A stretch of DNA of 64,000 nt from an uncultured Gammaproteobacteria bacterium (GTDB taxonomy: Bacteria; Pseudomonadota; Gammaproteobacteria; Xanthomonadales; SZUA-36): positions 11,802-75,801 of the forward strand of contig CAVWBD010000011.1 of assembly GCA_963753105.1 (NCBI GenBank). The letters run 5' to 3'. The position numbers were made by a program, and so were the translations under genes. How positions within the stretch are numbered: position 1 is the stretch's first letter; each line of letters opens with the position of its first letter. Below, one piece after another: positions 1 through 10,100 of this stretch. The notes under the pieces are model-generated. The model made no database searches and was not told the DNA's origin. It worked only from the letters and a program-made list of their open reading frames with translations.

Positions 1-167
1 GCGAAGAAGATCGCCAGGGCAAACATTCCCAGCCAAGTCCCAGTAAGGTCTGTCACCGCACCCGAAGTGGAAGTGACTGCTAAAGCATCCACCGACACGC
101 AAACACCCGTGAGCAGCATCAGTGCGCAAACAAGATTTGGCAGAAACCGGCCCTTAGAAGGATTCAT
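1..167 (-). CDS. 5' part of a secreted/membrane protein gene running off the window (MNPSKGRFLPNLVCALMLLTGVCVSVDALA...)
   Basis: ATG at 165-167 (reverse strand), 20 nt downstream of the stop of the 188..514 gene. Hydrophobic signal-peptide-like N-terminus, open to the window edge. Too short to appear in the ORF track. Confidence 0.35.
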   Translation of the reverse strand, partial: MNPSKGRFLPNLVCALMLLTGVCVSVDALAVTSTSGAVTDLTGTWLGMFALAIFF

Positions 168-187
168 TTAAATCCGTCACCCGTGTT

Positions 188-514
188 CTATTTGTGCGTT
201 TTCCACAGCGTAGATAGAGCTGTTTTGAGCAGCACCCGCATTGCCACCACCAGCAAGGCACCGCCAACAAAAATCATGACGTCGGACATCGCCTCACCAA
301 TGAAAGGAAATTGCTTGAGGGCCGAAGCACTTACTTCCAGCGCAATACCCGTAATGAGAAACTTGTTGGTATCAACATCTAATATGTTCACCATCCCAAC
401 GAAAACACCAAATATCGCCAATCCAATTGGTAACCATGGATGCTCAAAACCTAAACCCGCTACAAATGCGAAAATGATTCCAAGTACAAAAAGTATCTGT
501 CCAATTTGCTGCAT
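188..514 (-). CDS. small integral membrane protein (about 3 TM helices), function unknown
   Basis: 108-aa ORF with hydrophobic helices. AGAGGA Shine-Dalgarno 6-8 nt upstream of the ATG. The overlapping + strand ORF 183..533 has a low-complexity, implausible translation. Confidence 0.6.
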   Translation of the reverse strand: MQQIGQILFVLGIIFAFVAGLGFEHPWLPIGLAIFGVFVGMVNILDVDTNKFLITGIALEVSASALKQFPFIGEAMSDVMIFVGGALLVVAMRVLLKTALSTLWKTHK

Positions 515-637
515 GAGTGTATCCTCTTTTTGACATTAAACACCTTGGGTTCGTATCATAACATTTGCTACGACAATAATGTCATGATTGTGATGTCCTG
601 TATGTGATGTCGTGATACTATTAGCAGGGAACGGAAT

Positions 638-931
638 ATGGATCACAATAACCAGAAAATCGAGAGTTGGACTTTTTTCAGTAACAATGTACATGTGCTT
701 ATCTGCCTGACACATACACCACAACCAACGACGCGCCAAATAGCCACTCAAGTGGGAATCACCGAGCGCGCTGTGCAACGGATATTGGCAAAACTAGTCA
801 GGGCTGGCATCGTGAATGTAAAAAAAGAAGGGCGGCGGAATCGTTATGAACTGGATCTTGATCAGCAGCTTGAGACACCCATTGGAGTCCCACAAAACAA
901 TTGGCGAATTTATAAGCCTGATCGACAGTGA
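638..931 (+). CDS. winged-helix (ArsR/MarR-like) transcriptional regulator
   Basis: HTH segment TTRQIATQVGITERAVQRILAKLVRAGIVNVKKEGRRNRYEL is typical of small wHTH regulators. Confidence 0.7.
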   Translation: MDHNNQKIESWTFFSNNVHVLICLTHTPQPTTRQIATQVGITERAVQRILAKLVRAGIVNVKKEGRRNRYELDLDQQLETPIGVPQNNWRIYKPDRQ

Positions 932-1014
932 ATACCAGGCCGATTAATGAATAGACATAGCATTCACAATCTACCAAGTATTAAGAAGTCTGTAAGGCTT
1001 CAAGGAGGACTGTT

Positions 1015-1476
1015 GTGAGCATTTACAAGCGAATCTTAGTCGCCACTGACTTTAGTGACATCAACCTGGCAGCGGCCAAACGGGCAGTTACTCTGGCAAA
1101 GTTGGACAAATGCGAACTTATTTTGCTGCACGTGATTGAACATTTTCCATTAGATAGCGGCCCCCTTTCCTCCGTGTTTCAATACAATACTGAGCCTGTT
1201 GAAGCGCTGACCCAGCATGTGCGTACCAAGTTGGATGAACTGAAACGTGCACTGGGGTACAAAGAGATAAAGGCGGAATTCAGGGCTACCCCAAAGTCTG
1301 CAAGGTATGAAATTCTTCGCTTCGCAAAAGTGCATGATGTTGACCTGATTGTCGTCGCCCCTCATGGTCAGGGTGTCATAGGGACACTTGGTTCAACAGC
1401 CACCGGTATACTTAATAACGCTGTTTGCGACGTGTTGGCTGTGCGTGAAGCTGACGGAAATGATATTGGAGGATAA
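1015..1476 (+). CDS. universal stress protein (UspA family, single domain)
   Basis: 153 aa. Usp fold hallmarks are ILVATDFS..., LLHV..., DLIVVAPHGQGVIGTLGSTATGILNNAVCDVLAV (ATP-binding G-2x-G-9x-G(S/T)-like). GTG start preceded by AAGGAGGA. Confidence 0.85.
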   Translation: MSIYKRILVATDFSDINLAAAKRAVTLAKLDKCELILLHVIEHFPLDSGPLSSVFQYNTEPVEALTQHVRTKLDELKRALGYKEIKAEFRATPKSARYEILRFAKVHDVDLIVVAPHGQGVIGTLGSTATGILNNAVCDVLAVREADGNDIGG

Positions 1477-1479
1477 GTC

Positions 1480-1812
1480 ATGATTCTTATAAGACAGGTT
1501 TTGACATCTGCGACAGTCACATTTTTCATTTCCGTACTGACCTTTGGCTTCGTAGCGCCGGTTTTCGCGCAGGACCTGAGTGATAACGAGACCTGCCTCG
1601 AATGCCATGCAGACGATGAGCGGGTGCCGCCAGGCAATCTACCCCTTCCGCACTTCCACAACTTTACGGGTGATTTCTTCGTTGAAGACCATGATGGGTT
1701 TTCATGTATCGAATGCCATACCTATATTGTTGATCTTGAGCATGAAGATACAGCCGGTAATAATAAAGTTGATTGTGCAGAATGCCATGATGAGGCACTG
1801 ATAAAGGAATAA
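1480..1812 (+). CDS. small secreted triheme c-type cytochrome
   Basis: Signal peptide plus three CxxCH motifs (CLECH, CIECH, CAECH) in 110 aa. Starts 4 nt after the usp stop, so it is operonic. Confidence 0.75.
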   Translation: MILIRQVLTSATVTFFISVLTFGFVAPVFAQDLSDNETCLECHADDERVPPGNLPLPHFHNFTGDFFVEDHDGFSCIECHTYIVDLEHEDTAGNNKVDCAECHDEALIKE

Positions 1813-1930
1813 AAGGACACACCCTCAAAAAAAGTCCTGGACTCCGGGGTTTTTAATTACTTTAAAACTTAATATTGATTCTTGGTATGGATTCCAATGT
1901 AACCAGCCTGGCTATGACTTGCATGCGCAA

Positions 1931-2911
1931 TCATTTGTCCAGGGTGACCGGTGTGACGAAGCCGGATGGTTTGAGTGCGAGCACGGAACACTCAATCTGG
2001 TTGAGAATAGCCTCGGCCGTATTTCCTATGATAAATCCAGCAACACCAGTGCGGGCCACTGTCCCCATGACGATAAGATCAGCCTCAATTTGCCTGGCCA
2101 GTGCTGGAATCTCTTTACGCGCCCAGCCCTTGATCAGGTGCGTCTGCGGTTTGAGATAACTAAAAGTTTCTTGCCCCAGATTGTTGCTTACCTCGTTCAT
2201 TAACCGACTCATACCCGCCTCTCGCTTTTGCCTCTCGTATTCGTTAAAAGCTATGACCTTCTCTTCTGGTACGTGAATTAACGCCCCGCGCAGCACGCCT
2301 TCGCCGGTTGCTTCCCACGCATATACTATATGCAGTTCAGCAAAGCCAGATAGCGCCATGGAACTTGCCAACTCCATAATCTGATGATTCAATGCATCTC
2401 GAAACTTCTGCTCTGCTGGCGCATGTGTATCATCTACATCAACTGCCGCCAGAATTCGCCGGTAGGTTTTCTGTGCCACAGGCTTGATGAGCCAAACAGG
2501 GCAGGGACATTTCCGTAACAGGTGCATATCCTCACTTCCAAATAGCTGGTCCAACCAATCCATGGGTTCAGGGACCTTGATTACCAGGTCGCGTCCGTTA
2601 TGCAGCACTTCACGGATGATCTCCAGGAATTGAGTGCCAATCAGTAATTGAGTTTGGACATCAACCCGTGCGCGGTAAGAAGCCACTGAAGCTTCCAGTT
2701 TCTGCGTTTGTGTACGTACCATAGCGGCCTGAAGATCGACGGAAATAGGCCCCCCTTCCGGCATCCCGAAACCAACAGTGACAGGTTCAAGAATGCTAAC
2801 GACTGTCAGTCTTGCCTGATTGTTTTCTGCCAGTGTCACAACACGTTCCATGACAGACTTGTGTGTTTTTTCAAGGTTTAATACATAAAGGATATTTTTG
2901 AAACGCTTCAT
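1931..2911 (-). CDS. tandem-domain universal stress protein (UspE-like)
   Basis: Two Usp domains (MKRFKNILYVL... and YRRILAAVDVDD...). Start moved to MKRFKN (ATG 2909-2911) because the ORF-track N-terminal extension runs through an intergenic direct repeat. Confidence 0.85.
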   Translation of the reverse strand: MKRFKNILYVLNLEKTHKSVMERVVTLAENNQARLTVVSILEPVTVGFGMPEGGPISVDLQAAMVRTQTQKLEASVASYRARVDVQTQLLIGTQFLEIIREVLHNGRDLVIKVPEPMDWLDQLFGSEDMHLLRKCPCPVWLIKPVAQKTYRRILAAVDVDDTHAPAEQKFRDALNHQIMELASSMALSGFAELHIVYAWEATGEGVLRGALIHVPEEKVIAFNEYERQKREAGMSRLMNEVSNNLGQETFSYLKPQTHLIKGWARKEIPALARQIEADLIVMGTVARTGVAGFIIGNTAEAILNQIECSVLALKPSGFVTPVTLDK

Positions 2912-3396
2912 TTCGTTCGCCTCATTTAAAACCTTCAGAGATAATCCAAAAATCCGGGCAATACGTAAAAGCCAAAAAGCCAAGACAGCCGTATCTAATC
3001 TTTATCCTACACACAAATGCCAAAGCCAAAAAGCCAAGGCAGCAGCATTCAATCCCTAAAAAGACTACTCTTCAAACCCAGACGCCTCTCTGGCTCGATT
3101 TGACTGTCCAAGTTGTGACAACCCAACACTTATCTCGAATGATGACTCTCAGACTGGTTACCGTTGAATATTCTGTGGCGAGGAGAAAGTGGTGGTTCGC
3201 CTGCTGTTAGTTGTATCTGCGGCGTGTTGACTGCAATCGGGCAGCTTGTCTTCTGGCTGTTTGCGATGTGCTGGCCGTGCGTGAAGTTGACGAAGTGACG
3301 TAAGATAATTCGCATAAGATCAGGTCTTTCGGCCTTAAGCTCAAGCTTGTAGCACAGGTCACTTAATTTCCGCTTTTGGCCGGTAGTTGCTGGACA

Positions 3397-3446
3397 GATA
3401 TTACAGAATCAAGCCATTTGAGCGACGGCTTAGGACTGCATAGCAG
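3397..3446. repeat. dispersed intergenic repeat, copy A (core GCCATTTGAGCGACGGCTTAGGACTGCATAGCAG)
   Basis: Manual alignment to 18391..18437 gives 29/34 identical in the core, plus a similar 5' flank (ATTACA.AAT.CA.GCC). Confidence 0.6.
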
Positions 3447-3582
3447 TTACTGAAAGGCAGCAAAATTCATCTGCGCATATAGCAGAGAACGGCCAGTAGC
3501 GGAACCCAGAGGGGTTCATGTCTTAAGCAATAAAAAAGGGCCACCGCAGTGACCCTTAGTAGTTTCATTTGGTTGCTTGCTA

Positions 3583-4521
3583 TTAGAACAGACGTTTTCT
3601 GCTCGCAAACACGACCAGGCCCATGAGCATTGATAACATAATCAGCCCCCACTGGGACGCGGTGGGGATTGGTGCTACTACGTCATCTTCACAGGTTACG
3701 ACAACATCGGTAATATCCGCTTCCGAAATCACACCACTGCCATTTGTCACATCACAGGTTTGACCCATTGGTTGAGTTGATACAGTCACTGAATAAGAGG
3801 AAGTTTCTGTTAGCCCTGTCAAAAAGGTGAATGAACCGTCAGCAGCAATTGGCAAAGCTTCAGCACCATTGTTTTGCAGCACCAGACCAGTACCCGTTAA
3901 CCCGGAAACAGTGCCCCCTACGGTATATGAGGTAGTTGCATCGGTAATCGCAAAAACGGCATAGTAGTAGTCGTAAGCCCACGTGCTCTGTCCAATTATG
4001 CTTGTATATGGGTTGGCCTGAGAATCAGCCCAAACCAAATCAGTACAGGAACCGTTGTTTGCATTGTATTGAAACCAAAGGACACCGTCCTGAGGAACAC
4101 TCAAAGTTTGACCGGAGAAATCAAATCGATAGTAATTGCCGTTTACATTCGTACCTGGTGGCGTGACCCCCATTAAAGAGTCTGCGTCAACAGCGGTTAT
4201 CACGGGTGAACCATCGAGTCCAGTTTCAAAAAATCCGTTCAGTTGTGCATCACAGCCATCTCCATTTTGGACTCGTGCATACATGACCGGGTCGCTAATC
4301 TGCTGCCCACGGTATGCCACCGGAAAAGTAATGTCCCACTGTATGGGACTATAGTAAGTAGCTATTGTTACCATTCCAGAACCAGCGCCAGAAATAAGCC
4401 GATCCACGACGACATCTGCATGTGCATCGTTTGAGAGCAGTGGATTGAATGGGGAGGCCAACAGCATTATGCAGGACCAATATGTGCGGGTTTGTAAAAT
4501 GCGTTTCAGGACTGATTTCAT
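3583..4521 (-). CDS. secreted protein with C-terminal IPTL-CTERM-type sorting signal
   Basis: N-terminal signal peptide. C-terminus is PIPTASQWGLIMLSMLMGLVVFASRKRLF (IPT-x-S-x-WG, TM helix, basic tail). Upstream is a GGTVSGLTGTGLVLQNNG...TQP.GQTC.VTNGSG repeat-type domain. Confidence 0.75.
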   Translation of the reverse strand: MKSVLKRILQTRTYWSCIMLLASPFNPLLSNDAHADVVVDRLISGAGSGMVTIATYYSPIQWDITFPVAYRGQQISDPVMYARVQNGDGCDAQLNGFFETGLDGSPVITAVDADSLMGVTPPGTNVNGNYYRFDFSGQTLSVPQDGVLWFQYNANNGSCTDLVWADSQANPYTSIIGQSTWAYDYYYAVFAITDATTSYTVGGTVSGLTGTGLVLQNNGAEALPIAADGSFTFLTGLTETSSYSVTVSTQPMGQTCDVTNGSGVISEADITDVVVTCEDDVVAPIPTASQWGLIMLSMLMGLVVFASRKRLF

Positions 4522-4982
4522 ACCATACCCCTTGACATGCCAAATAGTGATTAGCTAATTGCGAGAATGAGACTTGATTGATTATCTGTATGCCTGCAGA
4601 AAGAAATCTGCTTTCATCTGACCCCCTTGAGGAGACTGACTACCGCGTTTCAGACGGTCTACCAATGATGGGATGTTATTGCTTCCCAAGGGCAAGCGAC
4701 CTGATCTGGATCAGGTTATGGTTTAAATTTTCATGCTTCCTGTTTGAGGGCGGCTTTTGGCCGGTTGCAGTCCTTTGCTTCGTTGAGATTCGCACCTAAT
4801 GAACTTCCGCTTTTCGCCAGGAAGCAGTTATTGAAACGGGTTATATTTGGCTTGGTTGAATAACCGCAGCCAATTGCAGCCCTTCAAGTAACTGCGGGCC
4901 GGTGACTTCCAGTAATTATTCTGGCATTTATTTGTCAAACAACTATGCTTAGTTTCAATAGCGGACACAAAGAAGCTAGCCC

Positions 4983-6875
4983 TTGTCATTTATTAATGAA
5001 CTAAAACGTCGCAACGTCTTTCGCGTGGGTATTGCCTATGTGTTGATCTGCTGGGTTCTGCTGCAGGGCGCGGACTTCGCTTTCGACCTTATCGATGCAC
5101 CCAACTGGGTGATTCAGGCACTGTTCCTGTTGGTGACCCTCGGCTTGCCAGGCGTGCTCGTTTTCGCTTGGGTGTTCGAGATGACACCGGAAGGAATCAA
5201 GCGTGAAAAGAAAATCGACCGCAGCCAATCAGTAACGCCGCAGACCGGGCGAAAACTGGGCAGGGTGATCATGGTTTTCCTGGCCTTAGCGGTTTCAGTA
5301 TTGCTGGTGGAGCGGTTTGTCAATCTTCCCGGTGCCGGGGAGCCGGTCTCGAATGTTGCCCCTGTGCAGAGTCCACCGAGCACGATTCCTGAAGAGGCAA
5401 GCAACAGGGTCGAGACTTCAGCCCGGCAATCCGTTGCCGTGCTGCCATTCGTTGCCATGAGCAACGGCCCGGATGATGGCTATTTTGCCGACGGCCTGAC
5501 CGAGGAGATTCTCAACTCCCTGGCGCAGCTACCCGAGTTACTGGTAACCGCCCGGACCTCCGCTTTCACCTTCAAGGACCAGGACTTACATGTACAGGAA
5601 ATAGCAGAGCGACTGGGAGTAGCAAACATCGTGGAAGGCTCGGTGCGGCGCTCGGGAGACCGCCTGCGGGTCACGGCCCAGTTGATCAGGGCTTCTGACG
5701 GCTTCCACCTTTGGTCGAACAACTATGACAGCAGTTCCACCGACACCATCGCAGTGCAGGAGGATATTGCCGAAAAAATAGCCGTCGCTTTGGACATCGT
5801 TTTGGACGATCACAGGCGCGAACTAATGCAAAGTAGCGGTCTGCGCGACGTCGAGGCTTTTATCGCCTATCAGAGGGGCCGTGAACTTTCTGAACAAGCA
5901 CATAACGGAAGCGAAAAAATTGCTGTCGGCCTGGTGCAGGCCAATCAATATTTTGAAGATGTGCTGGAGCGTGTGCCGGATTTTTCAGCGGCCTGGACCT
6001 GGCACTCGGACCTGTATGTCCACCAGGTGATTGATGACAGCATGGACCCGCAGACAGGCGCTGATGGATATGCCGAAGTCATCGCGACCTTTGAGTTGGC
6101 GAAGGCGGATTACGAAAAAGCGATCAGTTTTGCCAAATCCTCTTATGAACGTGCCTCCCTGGAACTTGACCTTGCCTACGTGACCGGCAACTGGCGCGGC
6201 ATGACCGACCGGATCGAAAAGTTACTCGAGCCAGCCGGCTGTATCGGCTCGCTCTGGTATGAGGCCGTTTCCTTGCCTTATGGTTATGCAAAACGGATGC
6301 ATCCCAAGGTGGAAGAACTCGTGGTATGCGACCCACTGGCTGCTTCGAACTGGCAATCACTGGCACGGACCCAAATTTGGACGCATGACCCCGACGGTGT
6401 GATAGAAGCCAGCCTTCGTGGTCTGGCTGTTGTGGATAGTGATAGCCTGGTTGCGGAACTGGCCAAGGGATTGATACTCAAGGGTCAGAATGACAAGGCC
6501 CAGGCTGAGCTGGACACGCGCATCAAGTCGGTGGACAGCGCGGAGTCGTTGCTCGTGGAGATCGCTGCTACCCTTGGTCATCGCGAACAGGCTGAAACCC
6601 TGTTCGAAGAATATCGTGATTCACAGCATGCAAATGGTTGGAACACGCTGGCGATGTATGCATGGACCGGCGACCGCGAAAATGCCAACCGGCTGGCCGC
6701 CGATTTCGATCAGCATCCGTTTGGTCATATTGCGTTGTCCATATCCGTGTTGGTTTGCGAATGCGGCGAGCCATGGGACCTGTCAGCAACCCCGGTTTTT
6801 GCAGCGAAGATCGCGGAATCCGGCCTGCAGTGGCCACCACGCTCACCAATGACATTTCCCTTCAAGGATGGGTGA
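4983..6875 (+). CDS. membrane-anchored TolB-N-like / TPR-like sensor-type protein (no DNA-binding domain)
   Basis: TTG start. N-terminus ELKRRNVFRVGIAYVLICWVLLQ... with two TM helices. Central block SVAVLPFVAMS...YFADGLTEEILNSLA...ARTSAF...VEGSVRRSGDRLRVTAQLI is shared with 37778..40033 and 43701..45989. Helical-repeat C-terminus. Confidence 0.75.
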   Translation: MSFINELKRRNVFRVGIAYVLICWVLLQGADFAFDLIDAPNWVIQALFLLVTLGLPGVLVFAWVFEMTPEGIKREKKIDRSQSVTPQTGRKLGRVIMVFLALAVSVLLVERFVNLPGAGEPVSNVAPVQSPPSTIPEEASNRVETSARQSVAVLPFVAMSNGPDDGYFADGLTEEILNSLAQLPELLVTARTSAFTFKDQDLHVQEIAERLGVANIVEGSVRRSGDRLRVTAQLIRASDGFHLWSNNYDSSSTDTIAVQEDIAEKIAVALDIVLDDHRRELMQSSGLRDVEAFIAYQRGRELSEQAHNGSEKIAVGLVQANQYFEDVLERVPDFSAAWTWHSDLYVHQVIDDSMDPQTGADGYAEVIATFELAKADYEKAISFAKSSYERASLELDLAYVTGNWRGMTDRIEKLLEPAGCIGSLWYEAVSLPYGYAKRMHPKVEELVVCDPLAASNWQSLARTQIWTHDPDGVIEASLRGLAVVDSDSLVAELAKGLILKGQNDKAQAELDTRIKSVDSAESLLVEIAATLGHREQAETLFEEYRDSQHANGWNTLAMYAWTGDRENANRLAADFDQHPFGHIALSISVLVCECGEPWDLSATPVFAAKIAESGLQWPPRSPMTFPFKDG

Positions 6876-7131
6876 GTAGTTTAGAAAACGTACCTGATAC
6901 ACTTTATTTGAGTGAAATTTTCAAGAAAACCCAGGTTCGGCTATTGGGAACTGTGGCATTTAGCCTGCATAAGTGTTCGCTTACGAAGCAGGAACTGACG
7001 TTCAAAGTTAACGAAGTTGAGCCTGAAAATGATCGCGGTGAGACTACGTTCCCGAGATGATTTCCTTATATATGAGCGGGTAGTGAAGTAACCGAGCGAA
7101 ACTGGTCGGCAGTCTGTGAAATCTGTAGGAA

Positions 7132-7162
7132 GAAAAAAAGGCCAGAGCAAATGCCCTGGCCC
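7132..7162 (-). terminator. rho-independent terminator downstream of the BNR-repeat gene
   Basis: On the reverse strand, GGCCAGGGCATTTGCTCTGGCC hairpin followed by TTTTTTT, about 20 nt after the stop at 7183. Confidence 0.6.
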
Positions 7163-7182
7163 CATCTAGTTCGGCTCGCTGT

Positions 7183-10100
7183 TCAGTTGCTGGCAGGTAC
7201 GCCGCGGCCAGGTGTCCATGGCACACCGGCCTCGTCCATCGCTTCACGCAATGCCGGCATGTCGGTCCCGAAGACCCTATCGAGTGCGGTCTTGATACCG
7301 GCAAATTTTTGCTCGCCAATTTCCATGGCTTCCTGGTGCATCGGCGTGGCGCCATAGGTTGAGAACGAAGTACCGAAACGTGCAACCTCGACCCGCCGTT
7401 TTACGGAAACCGGGCCGATGTCGCCGGCGAAATCGCGGACATCGTCACCCGCCAACTGCAGCTGCAGATCAAGCGCTTCGAGTTCCAGTGCCCGTGCCTT
7501 GTCACGCAGCGCTACGGGTGCCTTGGAGCGCAGCAGGGTTTGCTTGATGGCGCCCAGTTCACTCAGCAGTGCCTTGATCGCCGATTCCGCCCCACTGGCC
7601 TGTCGCATCAGGTTGTCCAGGCGAACGTTGAATGCAGCCACGTCTTCGGGGCTTGCCGTTGCCAGGGCATTCTGGCGCATCAGCTTGACCTTGATACCGG
7701 TCTGTTGGCCGGTGTCACGCAAGACGCCGTTAATACGCGTAGCCAGGCTAACCGTGTAGTCGCCGGGTGCAGCGAGCGGGCCGTTGAAGACGATGTAGTC
7801 ATCAGCGGGCTCATCCGTCCACGGGCTGGAGTCCGGGTAACGAAGATCCCAGGCCACGCGGTGAAAACCGGCTTTGGCCGGGCCTTCCAGCATACGTACC
7901 ACTGTGCCCTGGCTGTCACGGATAGTCAGCACGACTGCAGGGTCTTCTTCCGCCCGCTCGTTGGCCAGCGCATCCCAGCCGGGGTAGGGGGTGTCGCCGC
8001 CCTGTTTTTCAATCTCTTTTTCCTTCTCGCGTCGCTGATCCTTGCTCGTCAGGATCGGTTCCGGCAGGTAATAGGTGATCACCGCACCAAACGGCGGGTT
8101 ATCGGCAATGAAATACTCGTCGCCCTGTGAAGCTTTGCTGCCGGTGCGGAATTCACCCATCGGCATGCGTGGCACGTACCACAGCGCATCGCGTACCGGG
8201 AACAGCATGGTTTCAGAGGCGAGTTTCTCTGCACTCAGCTCACGCAATGGTGAGTAGTCATCGAGCACGTAGAAACTGCGGCCAAAGCTGGCGCCGACCA
8301 GGTCGTTTTCACGTTTCTGGATGGCCAGGTCGCGGAAGGAAATGGTCGGCATGCCGCCTGACAGCTCGGCCCAGTGGTTGCCGCCGACGGTGAAGAACAC
8401 ACCGAACTCGGTGGCCGCAAACATCAACGCAGGGTTCACGTGATCCTGTACGACCCGCCACACGACGTGGCGTTCCGGCAGGTTGCCGGCAATGCTGCGC
8501 CAGCTTTTGCCGCGGTTGGTGCTCTTCAGGATATAAGGTGAGAAATCACCGGACTTGTGGTCATCCAACACCACGTAAACCGTATCCGCGTCATGCAGGT
8601 CGGCCTTGATGTCGTTGACAAAATAACCATCCGGCACATCCGGCAGACGGCTGATGTCGCGCCAGCTTTCGCCGGCGTTGTCACTGACGTGGATACGCCC
8701 GTCGTCGGTGCCGGCGTAGAGCAGGCCTTCAACCAACGGTGATTCGGACAGCGAAGTGATGGTGCCGTACTGGGACATGGCCATCAGGTCCCAGGCCGAG
8801 TCAAAGCTCCACACGCGTCCCATCATGGGCAGTTTCATGCGGTCTTGGCCAAAACTCAGGTCACCGGAGATTGCACGCCAGCTGTCACCCCGGTTATCAC
8901 TGCGCCAGACCTTTTGGCTGGCGAAGTACAAGCGCCTGGAATCGTGGGGGCTGATCAGGATCGGGGCATCCCAGTTGAAGCGGTCGGCATCTTCATTGGC
9001 TGCCGGTTGCGGCTGGATGTAAATGACCTCACCAGTCGTGCGGTCCCAGCGTACCAGGTTGCCCTGCTGCCATTCGGAGTAAACAATGTCCGGGTTGGTC
9101 GGGTCAGCGGCGGACTGATGTCCGTCGGCAAATACCGTCACGAACCAGTCGCTGTTGCGGATGCCATGCACGTTGTCGGTACGCGACGGGCCGCCCTGGG
9201 TGTTGTTGTCCTGTGTGCCGCCGTAGATATTGTAAAAGGGCTCGTCATAATCGACCGTTACCTTGTAGAACTGCGTGATCGGCATATTGGCAAAGTATTT
9301 CCAGTGTTCCGTACCGTCAAAGGACTCGTAAACGCCGCCATCGGTGCCGACCATCAGGTAGTCCGGATCGTTGGCGTCGAACACAACGGCGTGGTAATCA
9401 CCGTGCACGTAGTTGTTCCTGACCGGCAGCATGTTCTTGCCGCCATCAATCGTGCGGTACAGGGTCGGTGCGACCTGGTAAACCGTGTCGACATCATGCG
9501 GACTGGCGAAAATTTCCTGGTAATAATGCGGGCCGGTCCCGCTGTAGACCTCGTCGCTGCGTTTTTCCCAGCTCTCGCCACCATCCAGCGAGCGCCAGAA
9601 GCCGCCCGTACGCTGGGCCAGTTCGATGGTCGCATAAACGACATCCGGATTTACCGGTGAAACAGCCAGGCCGATCTTGCCCTTGTCCTCGGCCGGGACG
9701 CCATTTTTGAGTTCACGCCAGTTCGCCCCACCGTCGGTGGACTTGAAAATGCCGGACTCGGGGCCGCCATCCATCAGCGCGGCCACATTTCTGAAGCGCT
9801 GGTGCAGGGATGCATACAAGACGTCAGGATTCCTGGGGTCGAAGTGGACCTCGTTGGCGCCAGTGTATTCACCGGCCGAGAGGATCAGCTTCCAGGTTTT
9901 TCCGCCGTCGGTGGTCTTATACAGACCACGCTCGCTGCCGGCAGACCACAGGGGTCCCTGGGCCGCCACGTAGACCACGTTGGAGTCGCGTGGGTCAACC
10001 TTGATCATGCCGATGTGCTGGGAGTCCTTCAGACCCATGTTGGTCCAGGTCTTTCCGCCATCGATGCTCTTGTAGATGCCGTCACCATAGCCGACATGCC

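Noticed and set aside
183-533. 116-aa + strand ORF overlapping the 188..514 minus-strand gene
   Set aside because: The minus-strand product has a good RBS and a coherent TM-helix pattern. The plus-strand translation is S/T/P-rich without structure.
4578-4799. 73-aa ORF in the 4522..4982 intergenic region
   Set aside because: It lies in a repeat-bearing AT-richer spacer (GCTTTTGGCCGG motifs), with no RBS and an implausible sequence.
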